Shown here: positions 41,391 through 54,392 of the stretch, in pieces
Numbering within the stretch: position 1 is the first letter of the stretch
Layout of the letters: each line of letters opens with the position of its first letter
Assembly: GCF_044704955.1 (NCBI RefSeq)
Contig: NW_027252668.1
Span: forward strand, 3,968,001 to 4,032,000
DNA length: 64,000 nucleotides
Reading direction: 5' to 3'
DNA from: Pristiophorus japonicus
Taxonomy: Eukaryota
Program-made: the position numbers and the translations under genes
Notes under the pieces: model-generated
Database searches by the model: none
What the model saw: the letters and a program-made list of their open reading frames with translations, nothing else
Told to the model about the DNA's origin: nothing

Positions 41391-43129
41391 TTATATTGTG
41401 GGTGTCTGGTATATGAATGTGGATTGACTCTGTATCTGCCCATCTCTGGTATGTGGATGAGCGTTTTCTAATACGAGTTTTATCCTGTACCTGTCAATTT
41501 CTGGTAATTGCCTGTGGGTTTCATTCTGTATCTTTCCATTCCTGGTGTGTGAGTGTGTGTTTTGTGCTCGATCTGTCCATCTCTGTTACGTGAATGTGAG
41601 CTCTACTTCATACCCGTCATTCTCCAATATGTTAGTATTGTTTTACTGTGTACCACCAATTCCTGATAGGGTATTCGTTTTACTTTCTGTCAATTTTTGT
41701 TATGGAGGTGAGTGTTTATGCTGAATCTGTCAGTCTCTGGTAAATGAGTCTGATTTTCACTCTGTATCTATCTGTCTCTGGTATGCGAATGTGGGCCTTT
41801 CTCTGTATCTCTCCATTTCTGTTATGGGAGTCTGGGTTTTATTCTGTACCTGTCAAATTCTGATATGTGATTGTGGGCCTTACTCTTTCCCTGCCAGTTT
41901 CTGCTTAATTGAGAGTGGGCTTTTCTTTGTACCTGTCAGTTTCTGCGATGGAAGAGATGTCTTTACTCTGTACCTGTCAAGTACTGATAAGTGAGTATGG
42001 CATTTCACTGTGTCTGTCAATTTATGTTATGGGAATGTGGATTTTAATGTCAGCCTCTGATATGTGAGTGTGGGTTTTATACTATATCTCAGCCTGTGAT
42101 ATGTGAGTGTGGGTTTTATACTGTATCCTCAGTCTCTGATGTGCGAGTGTGTGTATTCTTCTGTACCCGTCAGGTTTTGGTATGTGTGTTGAGGTTTAAT
42201 CTGTGCCTCTAAGTTTCTGCTATGTTGGTCTGGTTTTAATCTGTACCCATTTGTTCCTGCTACTTGATTGTGTGTTTTAGTCTGTACCTATCAGTTCCTG
42301 CTGTGAGAGTGTGGAATTTACTCTGTATCTGGTATGTGAACGTGAGGATCAATTTTACTTTTTACCTGTATTTCTCTGATATGGGAGTGAAGATTTTGCC
42401 TTCTACCTTCATTTTTCTGGTGTGTGCGTGTGGGTTTTACTCTGCCCCTATCAGTTTCTGCGATGCAAGTACCAATTTTACTTACTGCCTTTCAGTTTTT
42501 GGATATGTGCACATGGGATTTACACTTTACCTGTCACTCTCTGGTGTGCAAGTGCGGATTTTATTCTGTTACTGTCACTTTCATATATATGTGTGTGTGT
42601 TGTATACTGTATCTGTCAGTCTATGGTACAGGAATGTGGGTTTTATTCTGCACCTGTCATCTTCTGGTATGTTCTGGGGGTTAAATACTGAATCCGTCAG
42701 ATTCTGAAACTTGAATATGGCTTTTGCTCTGTACCCTCTGTTATCTTACACTGTCCACACACTGCCCGATAATGGCCTCTCCCTCCCCCCACTCACTCCA
42801 TGCTCCGGAACTAGTTCCTGCTCCACTCTGTCTCTGACAAACAAACAGCCCCCGACGGAACTAAACCAGGAACGTTCACTCCTGGTTAGGAGAGAGAAAG
42901 CAGCAATGATTGTAAACAGCAGATTCTGCCCATTCTGTCTCCCTTCCCCCTGGACACACACAGCCCGAGAATGGCCTCTCCCTCACACCACGCACTGACA
43001 CTGGTTCTTGCTCCACTCCGCCCCTTACACACAGACCCCGACTCCCCCCGGACTCAATGCCGGTCTCTGAGCCCACCTGCGGACACGCTCCCAAAGCGCT
43101 GCGCTGCTGTAAGGAGGCTGCTGCTCGCT

Positions 43130-43300
43130 GCCTTACCCCGGGGCCGCGGGCTCTCCATTTCCGGCTGTTTGAAAACATCTTCTTCCGCTCACTGAGTGAA
43201 TGGTGATCACAGGCAGATCTGGGGGAGCGGAGGGCGCATGCGCTCTTCTGCTCACTGGGAATCGACACAGGAGGTGGGGCTGAGCCGCGCATGCGCAGCT
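43130..43300 (-). promoter_or_regulatory. Candidate promoter/first exon of the zinc-finger gene
   Basis: GCGCATGCGC at 43234-43243 and 43287-43296; donor CGGG|GTAAGG at 43136 on the same strand as the zinc-finger exon. Confidence 0.55.
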
Positions 43301-43470
43301 CTCTGCAATAATTGAGCCTGTAAAAATCAAAATGCACTTTTCCCAATTTACTTTTATCAGAATCTGAACAAAGGAACTGGGCCTGGGGGGAAAGGACAGA
43401 GAATGATTAAAGCTGGGAGCCTTGTCCCCTGGAAATGCTCAATTTGGGATCATTCCGTGCAGGGTGTTTA

Positions 43471-44176
43471 CATAACATAAGAACATAAGAATTAGGAACA
43501 TGAGTGGGCCATCTCGCCCCTCGAGCCTGCTCCGCCATTCAAAAAGATCATGGCTGGTCTGGCCGTGGACTGAGCTCCACTTACCCGCCCGCTCCCCATA
43601 ACCCTTAATTCCTTTATTGGTTAAAAATCTATCTATCTGTGATTTGAATACATTCAATGAGTTAGTCTCAACTGCTTCCTTGGGCAGAGATTTCCACAGA
43701 TTCACAACCCTCTGGGAGAAGAAATTCCTTCTCAACTCGGTTTTAAATTGGCTCCCCCGTATTTTGAGGCTGTGCCCCCTAGTTCTAGTCTCCCCGACCA
43801 GTGGAAACAACCTCTCCGCCTCTATCTTGTCTATCCCTTTCATTATTTTAAATGTTTCTATAAGATCACCCCTCATCCTTCTGAACTCCAACGAGTCAAG
43901 ACCCAGTCTACTCAATCTATCATCATAAGGTAACCCCCTCATCTCCAGAATCAGCCTAGTGAATCGTCTCTGTACTCTCTCCAAGGCTAGTATACCTTTC
44001 CTTAAGTAAGGTCACCAAAACTGCACGCAGTACTCCAGATACGGCCTCACCAATACCCTATACAGTTGCAGCAGGACCTCCCTGCTTTTGTACTCCATCC
44101 CTCTCACAATGAAGGCCAGCATTCCATTCGCCTTCCTGATTACCTGCTGCACCTGCAAACTAACTTTTTGGGATCA
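43471..44176 (-). mobile_element. CR1 3' part, host of the Tx1 insertions (resumes at 51937-51992)
   Basis: ORF 43439-43984 is a CR1 C-terminus; absent at the paralogous site near 5893. Confidence 0.92.
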
Positions 44177-44821
44177 CCCACGGGCTTCCAGGCCGCCTGC
44201 AATTGCTGCGGTCTGGAAGAGTCCGTGTTCCATGTTTTTATTGAGTGCACGAGGTTGCAGCTCCTGTTTTGTTATTTAAAGGGGCTGCTCCTGAAATTCT
44301 GGCTGCACTTCAGTCCCACACTCCTGATCTTCGGGCACCCTGTGCGGAGGGGAGCGGGTAGGCCCGAGGGCCTCCTCGTCGGACTGCTCCTGGGCACGGC
44401 CAAGGGGGCCATCAGCCGGTCCAGGCAGCGGGCGGTCGAGGGGGTCGTTCAGCCAGACTGCCTGCCTCTCTTCCACGCATACATCCGCGCCAGGGTGTCC
44501 TTGGAGATGGAGCATGCGGTGTCCACAGGTACGCTCGCGGCCTTCCACGAGAGGTGGGCACCGGAGGGTCTGGAGTGCATCATCACGCCCGGCAACCAAA
44601 TTTTAATTTGACTTTATGTTTTTAAGTTAATTTGTTTTAATTGCCGGTGCTTTTAGTGTCCCCCTCCCCTTTTGTAGGGGGCACTTGGATAAAAATTCAA
44701 TTCTGTGCCCAAAAAAAACCCAAAAAATAAAAAATAAATAAAAAAGGGCATTGTAAATGTTGGTGTTTCCCCCAGATCGGGGGGCACGGTTGAATGTTTT
44801 TTGTTTACTCCTAAAAGAGTT
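44177..44821 (+). mobile_element. 5'-truncated Tx1 element
   Basis: ORF2 C-terminus ...ECIITPGNQILI* and a 3' UTR with GC hairpins, ending AAAAGAGTT. Confidence 0.92.
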
Positions 44822-45739
44822 TCATGCACAAGGGCCAATGGTGGAGCAATGGAGGCGTGGCCTATTCAGTTGGAGCTAAGCTGCAGAGAGAGAAGGAGCT
44901 ACCTGCTTTGCTCCTGTCTGGAAGGCCTGGAGTGAGCCCTGAGAACAGCCCAGGAATAGGAGGGAAGGGCTGGCTTGCTACCCAATCAACATCCGGAGGG
45001 AGAGGTGGAGCGCAGAAAAATTACCAACTTTATTACTGCTACAGAGAGTTGGAGAGAGTGGAAAGAGCAACAACCTGTGTGGAGGGAGGGAGATTCTGCA
45101 ATATTCTGCAGGTGGGTGTTGGTGCATTCCCCGAAAGACATTGTTTTATTGGTGGGGGGAGAAAGGAAGACCTTTCAAGGGCCGGAACATCGCGGGGTGT
45201 GTGTGTGTGTGGAAGTGTGTGTGGGGGTCTTGCTTACAACTAGGCCCCACACAACACTGAAGCACCCCTCCCCCATTGCCTAGCCTGGGATAGTTGGAGC
45301 TACCAGGCTGATAACTATTGATTACCCTGGTTAACATCGTTGGGAGTGTGTGCCTGTGTGGCTCCAGCTGCCCCAGGTGAAGACATCTTCTCCCCCCACC
45401 CCAAAGACTGTGTTTTGTTTTGCCATCTGGGGAGTGCACCCACCCATTGCTGTGAGGGGAGACCTGCCCTCGCAGCCTCCCTCTTTCCCACACCCCCTCA
45501 CTCTATCTCTCTCTCTCTCTGTCTCTCCCCTCTCTCTCTGAGAGCCCTTCCTCCTAATTTTTTAATAAAAAACAATTAAAACAACTGAGCAGAGGGAGCA
45601 AGGCCCCTCCCTAATTGCCAACTAGGGGAGAGGTGTGCCTCTTTCAGAGCTCCCTCTGTTCATACATTCAAACGAGGCCACTTAAGACCATTAAGGCCTG
45701 TGACTTTGGGGTGGGTGTGGCCCTTAAAGGGACCCCGTG

Positions 45740-47350
45740 ATGGCGACCCCATCTACGCCGGTGGCAGGGCCAGCTAGGACATATGCGCAGGCGGCGTCCA
45801 AATCCACGGCACCTCCTGCGCCACCTGCTGCCCTGCCACCTTTCAGACTCATTACAAAGAAAAACGGGGTCAAGAGCTACACTCACCCCACAATGAGCAT
45901 TGAGGAGTGCGTGCGGGCGATGGCTGGGGTAGTCGGCCCCTCGGCCATTGTCGCAGCCTCCAAGATGTCTGGGAAGGCCGTGTTCTTCCTGGGGTCGGAG
46001 CGAGCGGTGTCCCTGGCCATTGAAAAGGGGCTCACGGTGGGCGGGGCGTTCCTGCCGGTGGACCCTCTCGAGGCCACCGCGCAGAGGGTCATTCTATCGA
46101 ACGTCCCGCCCTTTGTTCCCGCTGAGCTCCTCCTCCCTCACCGACACCAACTGGGGGAGGTAAGGTCGGGGATCAACCCCATACCGCTCGGCCTCAGGGA
46201 GAACAGCCTGCGCCATGTGTTCTCCTTCCGCCGCCAGCTCTTTGTCCGGCTGGCGCGGGAGGAGACAACAGAGGGCAATTTTAATGTGGTGCACGAGGGG
46301 AATGCCTACCGTGTCTTCTGGACATCGGACGGCGTGCGGTGCCATGCCTGTAGGGAGGTGGGGCATGTTCGCAAGAACTGCCCTGCCTCCAAAGCTGCCA
46401 AACCACCAAAGGCGGCCAAGGCTGGCACCGCTGCCACCTCTCCCCCTAGTTGCGTCCGCGTGCCGGGAGCCATAGGTGCGCGGGCATCGTCGGAGGCCTT
46501 TGTTTTCACGGCCTCCGGTGGGGGGGAGGGAGAGCGTCCGACCGGAAAGAAAGCGCGGAAGAAGACGAAACATCTAGAGGCGGGTCCCCTCGGTGCGCCA
46601 GATAATCTATTTACCGCGCTCGGCCCAACCCCGTCACCGGCGAGCGCGGGGTGCCCTGAGCCCGTGCCCGAGCCCTTGATCAGTATCACAGCGGGGCTCG
46701 GGCGCGGGCAAGACAAGAAAAAGGGGTGGGTGGAGCGGGAGGCCTCGGCAGACATGGAGGTCTCCCTGCCTCCGCGCCCCCCCAGGAACAAAAGGAGGCG
46801 CCGCTCCAATGAGGCGGGGGTGGAACAACATCCCTCCGCGGAGGAGTCGGTGCCCGCCGCGTGTTACGCGTCCCCCACCGGCGCCCCCAAACCGCGCCGT
46901 AGGCGCGAGGAATCTGTCCCCGGGGAGGGTGGGACAATCGAGGCTGCCCAGCCGCTGCCTCCCGGGGATGGTGTGAAAGATCTGCCTGTCATGGGGGGCG
47001 TGGGGCCAGCAGAGGAATGCGTTGCCGCCAGGTCGAGCGTCCCGGGGACTGAGGCGGGCGGGGCCGAAAAGGCCGAACCCGAGCCCGCCCAGCCAATATC
47101 CAACTTCCCCCGGGACTTGCTCGACCCGGCAGAAATACAAAGTATTAGCAATTTTAATGAATCTGTACACGCTGGGCCGGGGGGTGGCGGCGGGAAAGGG
47201 GAAGAACAACAACCCTTGCCCCCTACTTTGGGGCTGGGGGACTTGGAGGACCTGTTCATTTCTTTGACCAGGTCTCTCCGTGTTCCCCGGTTCCTGGGGC
47301 GGAGGAGGAACCCCTTCCGCTGTCGCTCCCCGACCCAGCACCAATTCTAA
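45740..47350 (+). CDS. Tx1 ORF1 (RRM-like region plus CCHC zinc knuckle)
   Basis: RVILSNVPPFVP motif and CHACREVGHVRKNC knuckle; C-terminus probably frameshifted. Confidence 0.85.
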   Translation: MATPSTPVAGPARTYAQAASKSTAPPAPPAALPPFRLITKKNGVKSYTHPTMSIEECVRAMAGVVGPSAIVAASKMSGKAVFFLGSERAVSLAIEKGLTVGGAFLPVDPLEATAQRVILSNVPPFVPAELLLPHRHQLGEVRSGINPIPLGLRENSLRHVFSFRRQLFVRLAREETTEGNFNVVHEGNAYRVFWTSDGVRCHACREVGHVRKNCPASKAAKPPKAAKAGTAATSPPSCVRVPGAIGARASSEAFVFTASGGGEGERPTGKKARKKTKHLEAGPLGAPDNLFTALGPTPSPASAGCPEPVPEPLISITAGLGRGQDKKKGWVEREASADMEVSLPPRPPRNKRRRRSNEAGVEQHPSAEESVPAACYASPTGAPKPRRRREESVPGEGGTIEAAQPLPPGDGVKDLPVMGGVGPAEECVAARSSVPGTEAGGAEKAEPEPAQPISNFPRDLLDPAEIQSISNFNESVHAGPGGGGGKGEEQQPLPPTLGLGDLEDLFISLTRSLRVPRFLGRRRNPFRCRSPTQHQF

Positions 47351-47845
47351 AAGAGCCCAGTGGGGACTCCTCTGCCGACGATCCTGGGGGTGGGATCGGG
47401 GCAGAGCCAGGGCCGGATGGAGCGGCCGGGCCGTTTGCCGTACCTCGTGTGGTCGACGGGCCGGCTGCTAGCGGCGACCTCCCGGAGGAGGACGGGGACT
47501 CGGTGGAGGATGCGGGTGAAGATCTCGAGTCCATCGCCAATGCCTGACGCTGAGTCCCCCCTCATTCCCGTAGAGGTACTCCGGGACTTTTTTGTCGAGA
47601 GCCAGGGTCGCCGCAACCGAGCCCATCTGGCCCGGGAAAGATGATCCGAGCCGGGGCTGCTCATCGCTTCCGTCCGCGCCGCCGCTAAAACCATGGCCGC
47701 GGGTGGGCCCTTATCAAAGACGCAAGGCCTTGAGCTGCGCCGGCTCAAAAAGTTCCTCGCTGGGCTGCTGAAGGAGTGGAGGTCAGCAAACGACTCCACT
47801 CCCCCCCCACAATAGGTTAGGTAGAGGTTGCACTATGCTTTTGTC

Positions 47846-50800
47846 ATGGAGATAACCATAGCCAGCCTCAACATCAACGGCAGCAGAGAGGCATGCCGTA
47901 GATTTAACAATTTTTCGCTCCTGCTGCAGGGGAAATATGCGGTGTGCTTCCTGCAAGAAACCCACACCGTTCCGGGAGACGAAGCCACGTGGCTCCTGGA
48001 ATGGCAAGGAGAGGTCCGCATGAGCCACCTCACCGCCACTTCTAGTGGGGTGGCCATCTTGCTGGCCCTGCATTTTCAGCCGGAGATCTTGGGGGTCGAG
48101 AAGCCCGTGCCAGGCCGCTTGCTGCACGTAACGGTTCGCCTGGGGGACGTGCCGTTCCATCTCATGAACGTGTATGCCCCTCAGCCCAGCCCGCAGCAAA
48201 CGCGCTTCTTCGAAGAGGTGTCCGCTCTTCTTGGCTCCGTCGATGTCGGCGACTGCATTGTCCTTGGGGGGGATTTTAACTGCACCCTCGAGGCGAGGGA
48301 CCGCTCCGGTGCCTCGCAGAGCATGACGGCGATGGGGAAGTTGAGGGACCTGGTCGGGTCCTTCGACTTGGTGGACGTCTGGCGAAATCTCCATCCCGAC
48401 TCCAGCGCCTTTACTTGGTGAGGCCTGGAGTAGGATGGTCCAGAGTCGACCGCCTTTACGTGTCTCGGGCGAACGTTTCCTGCGTCCCAGCGGCCTCCAT
48501 GCGGCCGGTGCCGTGTTCGGACCACCACCTGGTGTGGGCGGAGCTTGCTTCGCTCCGCGCAAGGACGGGGTCCGCGTACTGGCACTTTAACAACCGGCTG
48601 CTGGAGGACGAGCGGTTCCAGGACTCGTTCCGTTGATTCTGGGCCGACTGGAGAAGGAAGCAGGGGGGCTTCCCCTCCTTGAGGCTATGGTGGGACGTGG
48701 GCAAGGCTCACGTCTGCGTCTTCTGTCAAGAGTACGCGAGGGGGTCGACCAAGAGGCCGGCAGCCTGGGTCGGGCGCCTAGAAAAAGAGGTGCTCGACCT
48801 GGAGTCCCGTCTCGGTCAAGTCGTCGGGGACCCGGCCCTGCGGACGGTGTACGAAGCGAAGAAGGCCACGCTGAAGGACCTGCAGCTCGTCGGGTCCCGA
48901 GGCGCGTTTGTGAGGTCGCGGATCCGTTTCCTGCGGGATCTGGACCGCGGCTCCCCCTTCTACTCGCTGGAAAAAAGGCAGAGTGTCCATAAGCAGCTCT
49001 TGACGCTGCTGGCCGACGACGGCTCTCTCGTCTTGGATCCGGAGGGCGTCAACAACAGGGCCCGTGAATATTACGGGGCTCTGTTCTCTCCAGATCCGTC
49101 CAGCGAGGAAGCGCGTAGAGTTTTGTGGGAGGACCTGCCGAAAGTCAGCCCGGAGGGCGGTGAAAATTTGGAAGCTCCGCTAAGCCTGGCTCTCGAGGGG
49201 AAAAACCCCGGGGCTGGACGGGCTGACAGTGGAGTTCCACAGGGCGTTCTGGGACGTCCTGGGGAGCGACTATGCGCGGGTCCTGGGGGAAAGTCTGGCG
49301 ACCGGGGAGATGCCCCTCTCTTGGCGCAGGGCAGTCATTGTCCTGCTGCATAAGAAGGGCGATCTCCGCCTCCTTAAGAACTGGCGCCCGGTCTCCCTCC
49401 TCAGCACGGACTACAAGATCTTCGCCAGGGCGATGTATGCTCACCTCGGTGCCGTGCTGGACCACATGATCCACCCCGACCAGTCCTACACGGTCCCGGG
49501 CCGGACAATCCACGACAACATCCATCTGGTCCGGGACCTCATCCATCATTCCCAGGAGGCTGGTCTGTCGGTTGTCTTCCTATCTCTCGACCAAGAGAAG
49601 GCGTTCGACAGGGTGGATCACGACTATCTGCTCGGAACTCTGCACGCTTTCGGGTTCGGGACGCATTTCGTCGCCCGGATCCGACTTTTGTACGCCGCCG
49701 CGGAGTGTCTGATTAAGGTTAACGGGTCCTTGACTGCGCCCCTTCGCTTTAGGAGAGGGGTGCGCCAGGGATGCCCCATGTCCGGCCAGTTATATGTCAT
49801 CTGCGTGGAGCCTTTCCTGCGCCTCCTGCGGACGAGGTTGACGGGACTGGCTCTGCAAGAGCCGGGCGTGGAGGTCGTCCTCTCGGCTTACGCCGATGAC
49901 GTGCTCCTCGCGGTAGAGGATCCCGCTGACCTGCGGAGGATGCATGAGTGCCAGGAAATTTACTCGGCCGCGTCCTCCGCCAGGATCAACTGGGAGAAAT
50001 GTTCCGGACTCCTGGTGGGTCAGTGGCAGGTGGACTCCCTGCCGGAGGAGCTCAGGCCTTTTGCCTGGAGTCCGACCCATCTCCTCTATCTGGGAGTCTA
50101 CCTTAGCCCCGACGAGGAAGCCTGGCCGGCGAACTGGCAGGAGCTGGAGGCCAAGGTCGTCGCTCGCCTAGGGCGCTGGACAGGACTGCTCCGAGTGCTG
50201 TCCTACAGGGGTCGAGCGCTAGTCATAAACCAGCTGGTGGCCGCAATGTTGTGGTACCGGCTGGTCACTTTGACCCCTCCCCCTGCGTTTGTCGCCAAGA
50301 TACAGAAGAAGCTGGTGGACTTCTTCTGGAACAACAGGAAGCACTGGGTCTCTGCCGCGGTCTTGAGTCTCCCGCTTGAGGAGGGCAGTCAATCGTTGGT
50401 GTGCGTCAGCGCCCAGCTCGCGACTTTCCGTCTTCAGACCCTGCAGAGATACCTTTACGTCGAGCCCCCTCCTAGGTGGTGTGCTCTGGCGACGTATTTC
50501 TTCCGCCAGCAGCGCGATCAATTACGACATGCAGCTCCTGTTTATGAACTTGGGGGGTGTCAGGACCGCCCTCCAGGAGCTGCCTGTCTTTTACAAGGAA
50601 CTCATCAGGGTCTGGAACAAAGTCTCCACCAAGCGCAGCTCTCCGCCGGCTGGAGTGGCGGCTGTCCTGCAGGAGCCGCTGCTCGGAAATCCGTACCTCC
50701 ACGACCGAGGTTTTATGTGGCGGTCGGAAGAGAGGGCTGTGGCTGGTGAGGTGACCAGGGTCAGGGACCTGCTCAATGGTGGAGGAGCGGGCTGGATGGC

Positions 50801-51723
50801 GCCAGGCACGCTGGCGTGGCACCTAAATTCAGCCAACGTCCGCCGCGCGGCCGAAGCCATCGAGTCGCTAAAAACAGCTTTGGGCCCTGACTCTGTTAGG
50901 TGCATCAAGGAGGCTCAAGCACGTGCGGAGATCCCGTCCGAACTGACCCCCGTCCGGACGGAATTCCTCATCGGCGCCAAACCCCGGAACCTCCCTCGGG
51001 GGCCGGCGCCTCACAACTTGAGCCGCCTCGGGGAAATCTCCTCCGTGCCTTTCAGTTCCGCGCGGAGGGGTTTCCTGTACGGGCTGCTCCTGCACACGCT
51101 CAACTTTGCCATCCTCGCCGGCCGTCCGGACACGCCATGGCGTACCATCTTGCCATCCGGAGGAGGCGGGGGTCCCCGATGGAGGGCACTCTATGTGGGA
51201 GTCCTCCCACTATTCATCGGGGACTTGGCCTGGAGGGTGGTGCACGGAGCAGTGCCGTGCAACAAATTTTTAAGCCGGTTCACGGACTCCCAGGCCGCCT
51301 GCAATTTCTGCGGTCTGGAGGAGTCCGTGTTCCATGTTTTTATTGAGTGCACGAGGTTGCAGCCCCTGTTTTATTATTTAAAGGGGCTGCTCCTGAAATT
51401 CTGGCTGCACTTCAGTCCCACTCTCCTGATCTTTGGGCACCCTGTCCGAGGGCCTCCTTGTAGGACTGCTCCTGGGCATGGCCAAGGGTGCCATCAGCCG
51501 GTCCAGGCAGCGGGCGGTCGACGGGGTCGTTCAACCTGACTGCCTGCCTCTCTTCCGCTCTTACATCTGGTCCAGGGTGTCCTTGGAGATGGAGCACGCG
51601 GTGTCCACCGATACGCTCGTGGCCTTCCGCGAGAGGTGGGCACCGGAGGGACTGGAGTGCATCATCACGCCCGGCAACCAAATTTTAATTTGGTTTTATG
51701 TTTTAAAGTTTAATTTGTTTTAA
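47846..51723 (+). pseudogene. Tx1 ORF2 (APE endonuclease, RT, C-terminal zinc knuckle), broken
   Basis: IASLNING, FLQETH, GGDFN, SDHH; KNWRPVSLL, LDQEKAFDRV, GVRQGCP, AYADD; CNFCGLEESVFHVFIEC; several frameshifts and stops. Confidence 0.92.
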
Positions 51724-52109
51724 TTGCCGGTGCTTTTAGTGTCCCCCTCCCCTTTTATAGGGGGCACTGGAAAAAAAATGTGATATTAGTGCCCAAAAAA
51801 ACCCCCCCTAAAGAAAGAAAAACACAAAAAAACCCACAAAAAAATGAAAAAAGGGCCTTGTAAATGTCTGGTGTGTCATCCAGGTCAGGGGGCACGGATT
51901 AATGTCTATGTTTTTCAGGTAAACTCCAAAAGAGTTTCATGCACAAGGATCCCCAGGTCCCTCTGCACCGCAGCATGTTGTAATTTCTCCCCAATCAGCA
52001 GTCTTCACAAAGCAATCCTGCAAAAACATCGGAGGGACGAGGGAGTGGGAGATTTTGCTGGGACCGCGCAGGAGTTAATATCTGACAGAAATAGTTCGAG
52101 ATTAGTTTA

Positions 52110-52372
52110 GTTCGAGAAACTTCTTCACCCAGAGAGTGGTGAACCTGTGGAATTCTCTACCACAGAAAGTTGTTGAGGCCAATTCACTAAATATATTCAA
52201 AAAGGAGTTAGATGAAGACCTTACTACTAGGGGGATCAAGGGGTATGGCGAGAAAGCAGGAATGGGGTACTGAAGTTGCATGTTCAGCCATGAACTCATT
52301 GAATGGCAGTGCAGACTGGAGGGGCCGAATGGCCTACTCCTGCACCTATTTTCTATGTTTCTATGTTTCTAT
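52110..52372 (+). mobile_element. Short CR1 3' fragment
   Basis: Ends GGCCTACTCCTGCACCTATTTTCTATGTTTCTATGTTTCTAT; absent in the paralogous region near 6018. Confidence 0.88.
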
Positions 52373-52389
52373 TAGAGTCAACCACTCGG

Positions 52390-54392
52390 TCACTGAGAGT
52401 AATATCGAAGTGGATAATCAAGAGGTTATATGTAGGGAGGAACTTATTACAATCACTATCACGAATGAAGTAGTACTCGGTGAAATAATGGGACGAAAGA
52501 CGAACAAGTCGCCTGGAATTGATGGCTTACATCCTGTGGTCTTATGAAATGTAGCTGTAGAGATAGTGGATGCATTGTTTGTAATCTACCAAAATTCCCT
52601 GGATTCTGGGGTGGTCCCAGCAGATTGGAAAACCGCAAATGTAACATCCTTATTTAAAAAAGGAGGCAGACAAAAAGCAGGAAACTATCACCCAGTTAAC
52701 CTAACATCTATCAATGGGAAAATGCTGGAGTCCATTATTAAGGAAGCAGTAGCAGGACATTTGGAAAAGCATGATTCAATCAAACAGCATGGTTTTATGA
52801 AAGGGAAATCATGTTTGACAAATTTGCTGGAGTTCTTTGAGGATGTAACGAGCAGGGTGGATAAGGGGGAACCTGTTGATGTGGTGTATTTGGATTTTCA
52901 GAAGGCATTCGATAAAGTGCCACATAAGAGGTTACTGCGCAAGATAAAAGCTCACGGGATTGGGAATAATATATGCTTGGATAGAGGATTGGCTAACAAA
53001 CAGAAAACAGAGTGTCGAGATAAATAGGTCATTTTCCGGTTGGCAAACAGTAACTAGTGGGGTGTCGCAGGGATTGGTGCTGGGTACTCAACTATTTACA
53101 ATCAATATTAATGACCTGGATGATGGGATCGAGTTTAATTTAGCCAAGTTCGCCGATGATACAAAGATGGGTGGGAAAGCAAATTGTGAGGAAGACACAA
53201 AAAATCTGCAAAGGAATATAGACAGGCTAAGTGAGTGAGCATAAATGTGGCCCATAAGGACATAAGAAATAGGAGCAGGAGTAGGCCATATAATCCCTCG
53301 AGCCTGGTCCGCCATTTAGTGTGATCATGGCTAATCCGATCATGGACTCAGGTCTACTTCCAGATGGAGTATAATGTGGGAAAACGTGAGGTTATCCACT
53401 TTGGCAGAAATAATAGAAAAGCAAATTATAATTTAAATAGAGAAAAATTGCAAAGTGCAGCAGTACAAAGCGATCTGGGGATCCTTGTGCATGAAACACA
53501 AAAAGTTTGCATGCAGGTACAGCAAGTAATCAGGAAGGCAAATGGAATGTTGGCCTTTATTGCAAGGGGGATAGAGTATAAAAACAGAGAAGTCCTGCTA
53601 CAACTGTACAGTGTATTGGTGAGGCCACATCTGGAGTACTGTGTACAGCTTGGTCTGCGTATTTAAGGAAGGATATACTTGCATTGGAGGCTGTTCAGAG
53701 AAGGTTCACTCAGTTGATTCCGAAGATGAAGCGATTGATTTATGAGGATAGGTTTGAGTAGATTGGGCCTAAAAACATTGGAGTTCAGAAGAATGAGAGG
53801 TGATCTTATTGAAACTTATAAGATAATGAGGGGACTTGACAAGGTGGATACAGAGAGGATATTTCCACTCATAGGGGCAACTAAAACTTGGGGGGGGACA
53901 TAATCTTAGAATTAGGGGCTGCCCATTTAAAACTGGGAAGAGGAGGAATTTCTTCTCTCAGAGGGTTGTAAATCTATGGAATTATCTGCGCCAGAAAGCT
54001 GTGGCGCCTGGGTCATTGAATATATTTAAGGCGGAGATAGTCAGATTTTTGAGCGATAATGGAGTAAAGGTGTTGTGTGTGGAGAAAGAGTCAGACTGAA
54101 CACTGTGAGCTCAAAGTAAAGTGTGACCTTTGTCTTTGATTGCAGGTCTCCAGAGTGCCTCTCCAACCTGGGAAGCCTCCTTAAATACCTGTGTTCCCAA
54201 AGAATTATGGGATCCTTGGGACTCCAGGGGATGAGCCCTCTGGTGGCTGTATAGAGTAAATACAAGTATACAGATATAACAAAAGGGTTATGCGGAGCGG
54301 GCAGGGAAGTGGAGCTGAGTCCATGATCAGATCAGCCATGATTTTATTGAATGGCAGAGCATGCTCGAGGGATCAAATGGCCTACTCCTGCT
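52390..54392 (+). mobile_element. CR1 RT and 3' end (paralogue of 6030-7825)
   Basis: Same RT motifs and the same nested antisense tail (about 53253-53360). Confidence 0.92.
54071..54281. mobile_element. Solo LTR (211 bp)
   Basis: TGTT...AACA flanked by the 5-bp duplication AAAGG (54066-54070 and 54282-54286). Confidence 0.85.

Larger units (their letters stand above)
44834..51936 (+). mobile_element. Apparently full-length Tx1-clade non-LTR retrotransposon (about 7.1 kb), defective
   Basis: Flanked by TCATGCACAAGG at 44822-44833 and 51937-51948; ORF1 then ORF2; 3' end AAAAGAGTT. Confidence 0.93.

Noticed and set aside
44834-51936. Currently active autonomous Tx1 copy
   Set aside because: ORF2 has multiple frameshifts, a stop and small deletions.
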